Shown here: in pieces, positions 63,451 through 64,000 of the stretch
Position numbering within the stretch: position 1 is the first letter of the stretch
Layout of the letters: each line of letters starts with the position of its first letter
DNA from: Fistulifera solaris
Lineage: Eukaryota
Length of the DNA: 64,000 bases
Assembly (NCBI GenBank): GCA_030295235.1
Contig: AP026134.1
Location: 124,001 to 188,000, forward strand
Reading direction: 5' to 3'
Notes under the pieces: model-generated
What the model was told of the DNA's origin: nothing
What the model saw: the letters and a program-made list of their open reading frames with translations, nothing else
Databases searched by the model: none
Program-made: the position numbers and the translations under genes

Positions 63451-64000
63451 CTTCCACGTGACCACAAGACGCCGAAACGCGATTGTTGACGATCTTACCA
63501 AAGCTAGAAACATCGGCATGGCTTTAAGACTGACTAATAGGTTAACTTGTAAGCGACGGGATATCAATCACTGGTTACAACTCAATCAGGTCGTACAAAT
63601 TCGGCGTTACTGTATAGGCGAGTTTTTAGTCGGCCCCATCAACAAAACACCTCGACTTTTTGTTCATCTAGAAATCATATTGTTTGTATTTGCGTCCATG
63701 CACTCTGCGGCTCTTCGGTTACAAAGTAAACTTTCTTGAATTGGCTTCTGAGGTAGCTAAAGCTACAGTGCTGGGAGCTGACTGGTGCATTGTCTGCGGG
63801 AGAAGTGAGCAGAATTGCATGCATGGGGAGTAAGGACTGACGAAATCATGGATGCCGTAGCTGCAATAACTTTCATGCTCTACTGCTCTAACATTAGCCG
63901 TTCGAATTTTCGCAACTCGCATTTTTTCAATTCTCATCGGCTCATCGCCCAATGATCGCCCTATTATTTACAAAGTACTTGGCTGCTTATCACCTACTTT

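Noticed and set aside
63719..64000. Possible gene end at the right edge of the window
   Set aside because: Only a 77-aa non-ATG ORF with no motif. Insufficient evidence.

Overview
Gene-dense eukaryotic nuclear DNA, most likely from a pennate diatom. Evidence: short GT-AG introns, bipartite signal+ASAF-like plastid presequences, and diatom-expanded HSF, DUF6824-like, DUF285 and 'APAA'-tailed families. About 28 protein-coding genes can be supported. Most long genes are broken by single-base indels inside homopolymers, which points to an unpolished long-read assembly, so I rejoined the frames by hand. Recognisable genes: a multi-CBM6 GH5-like protein that appears catalytically dead, an FZL-like dynamin, an IGHMBP2-like helicase, an MFS transporter, Pkr1-like, two convergent PRORP (protein-only RNase P) paralogues with different organelle presequences, prefoldin 2, a DUF285 protein, a PhyH-type dioxygenase-DUF6824-Tudor fusion head-to-head with a DNMT3-like methyltransferase, PP2C, AspRS, a SAC3-domain protein, HSF, Mpv17/PMP22, HEATR3/Syo1, VPS20, an RRM protein and a Ctr copper transporter. 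A TE island at about 35.4-41.3 kb holds a deleted PIF/Harbinger element and a decayed tyrosine-recombinase (Crypton-like) element. Two recent copies of a ~331-bp hAT-type MITE with 8-bp TSDs sit just upstream of genes. I recognised no rRNA, tRNA or CRISPR array. No database searches were run, so family calls come from motif recognition.
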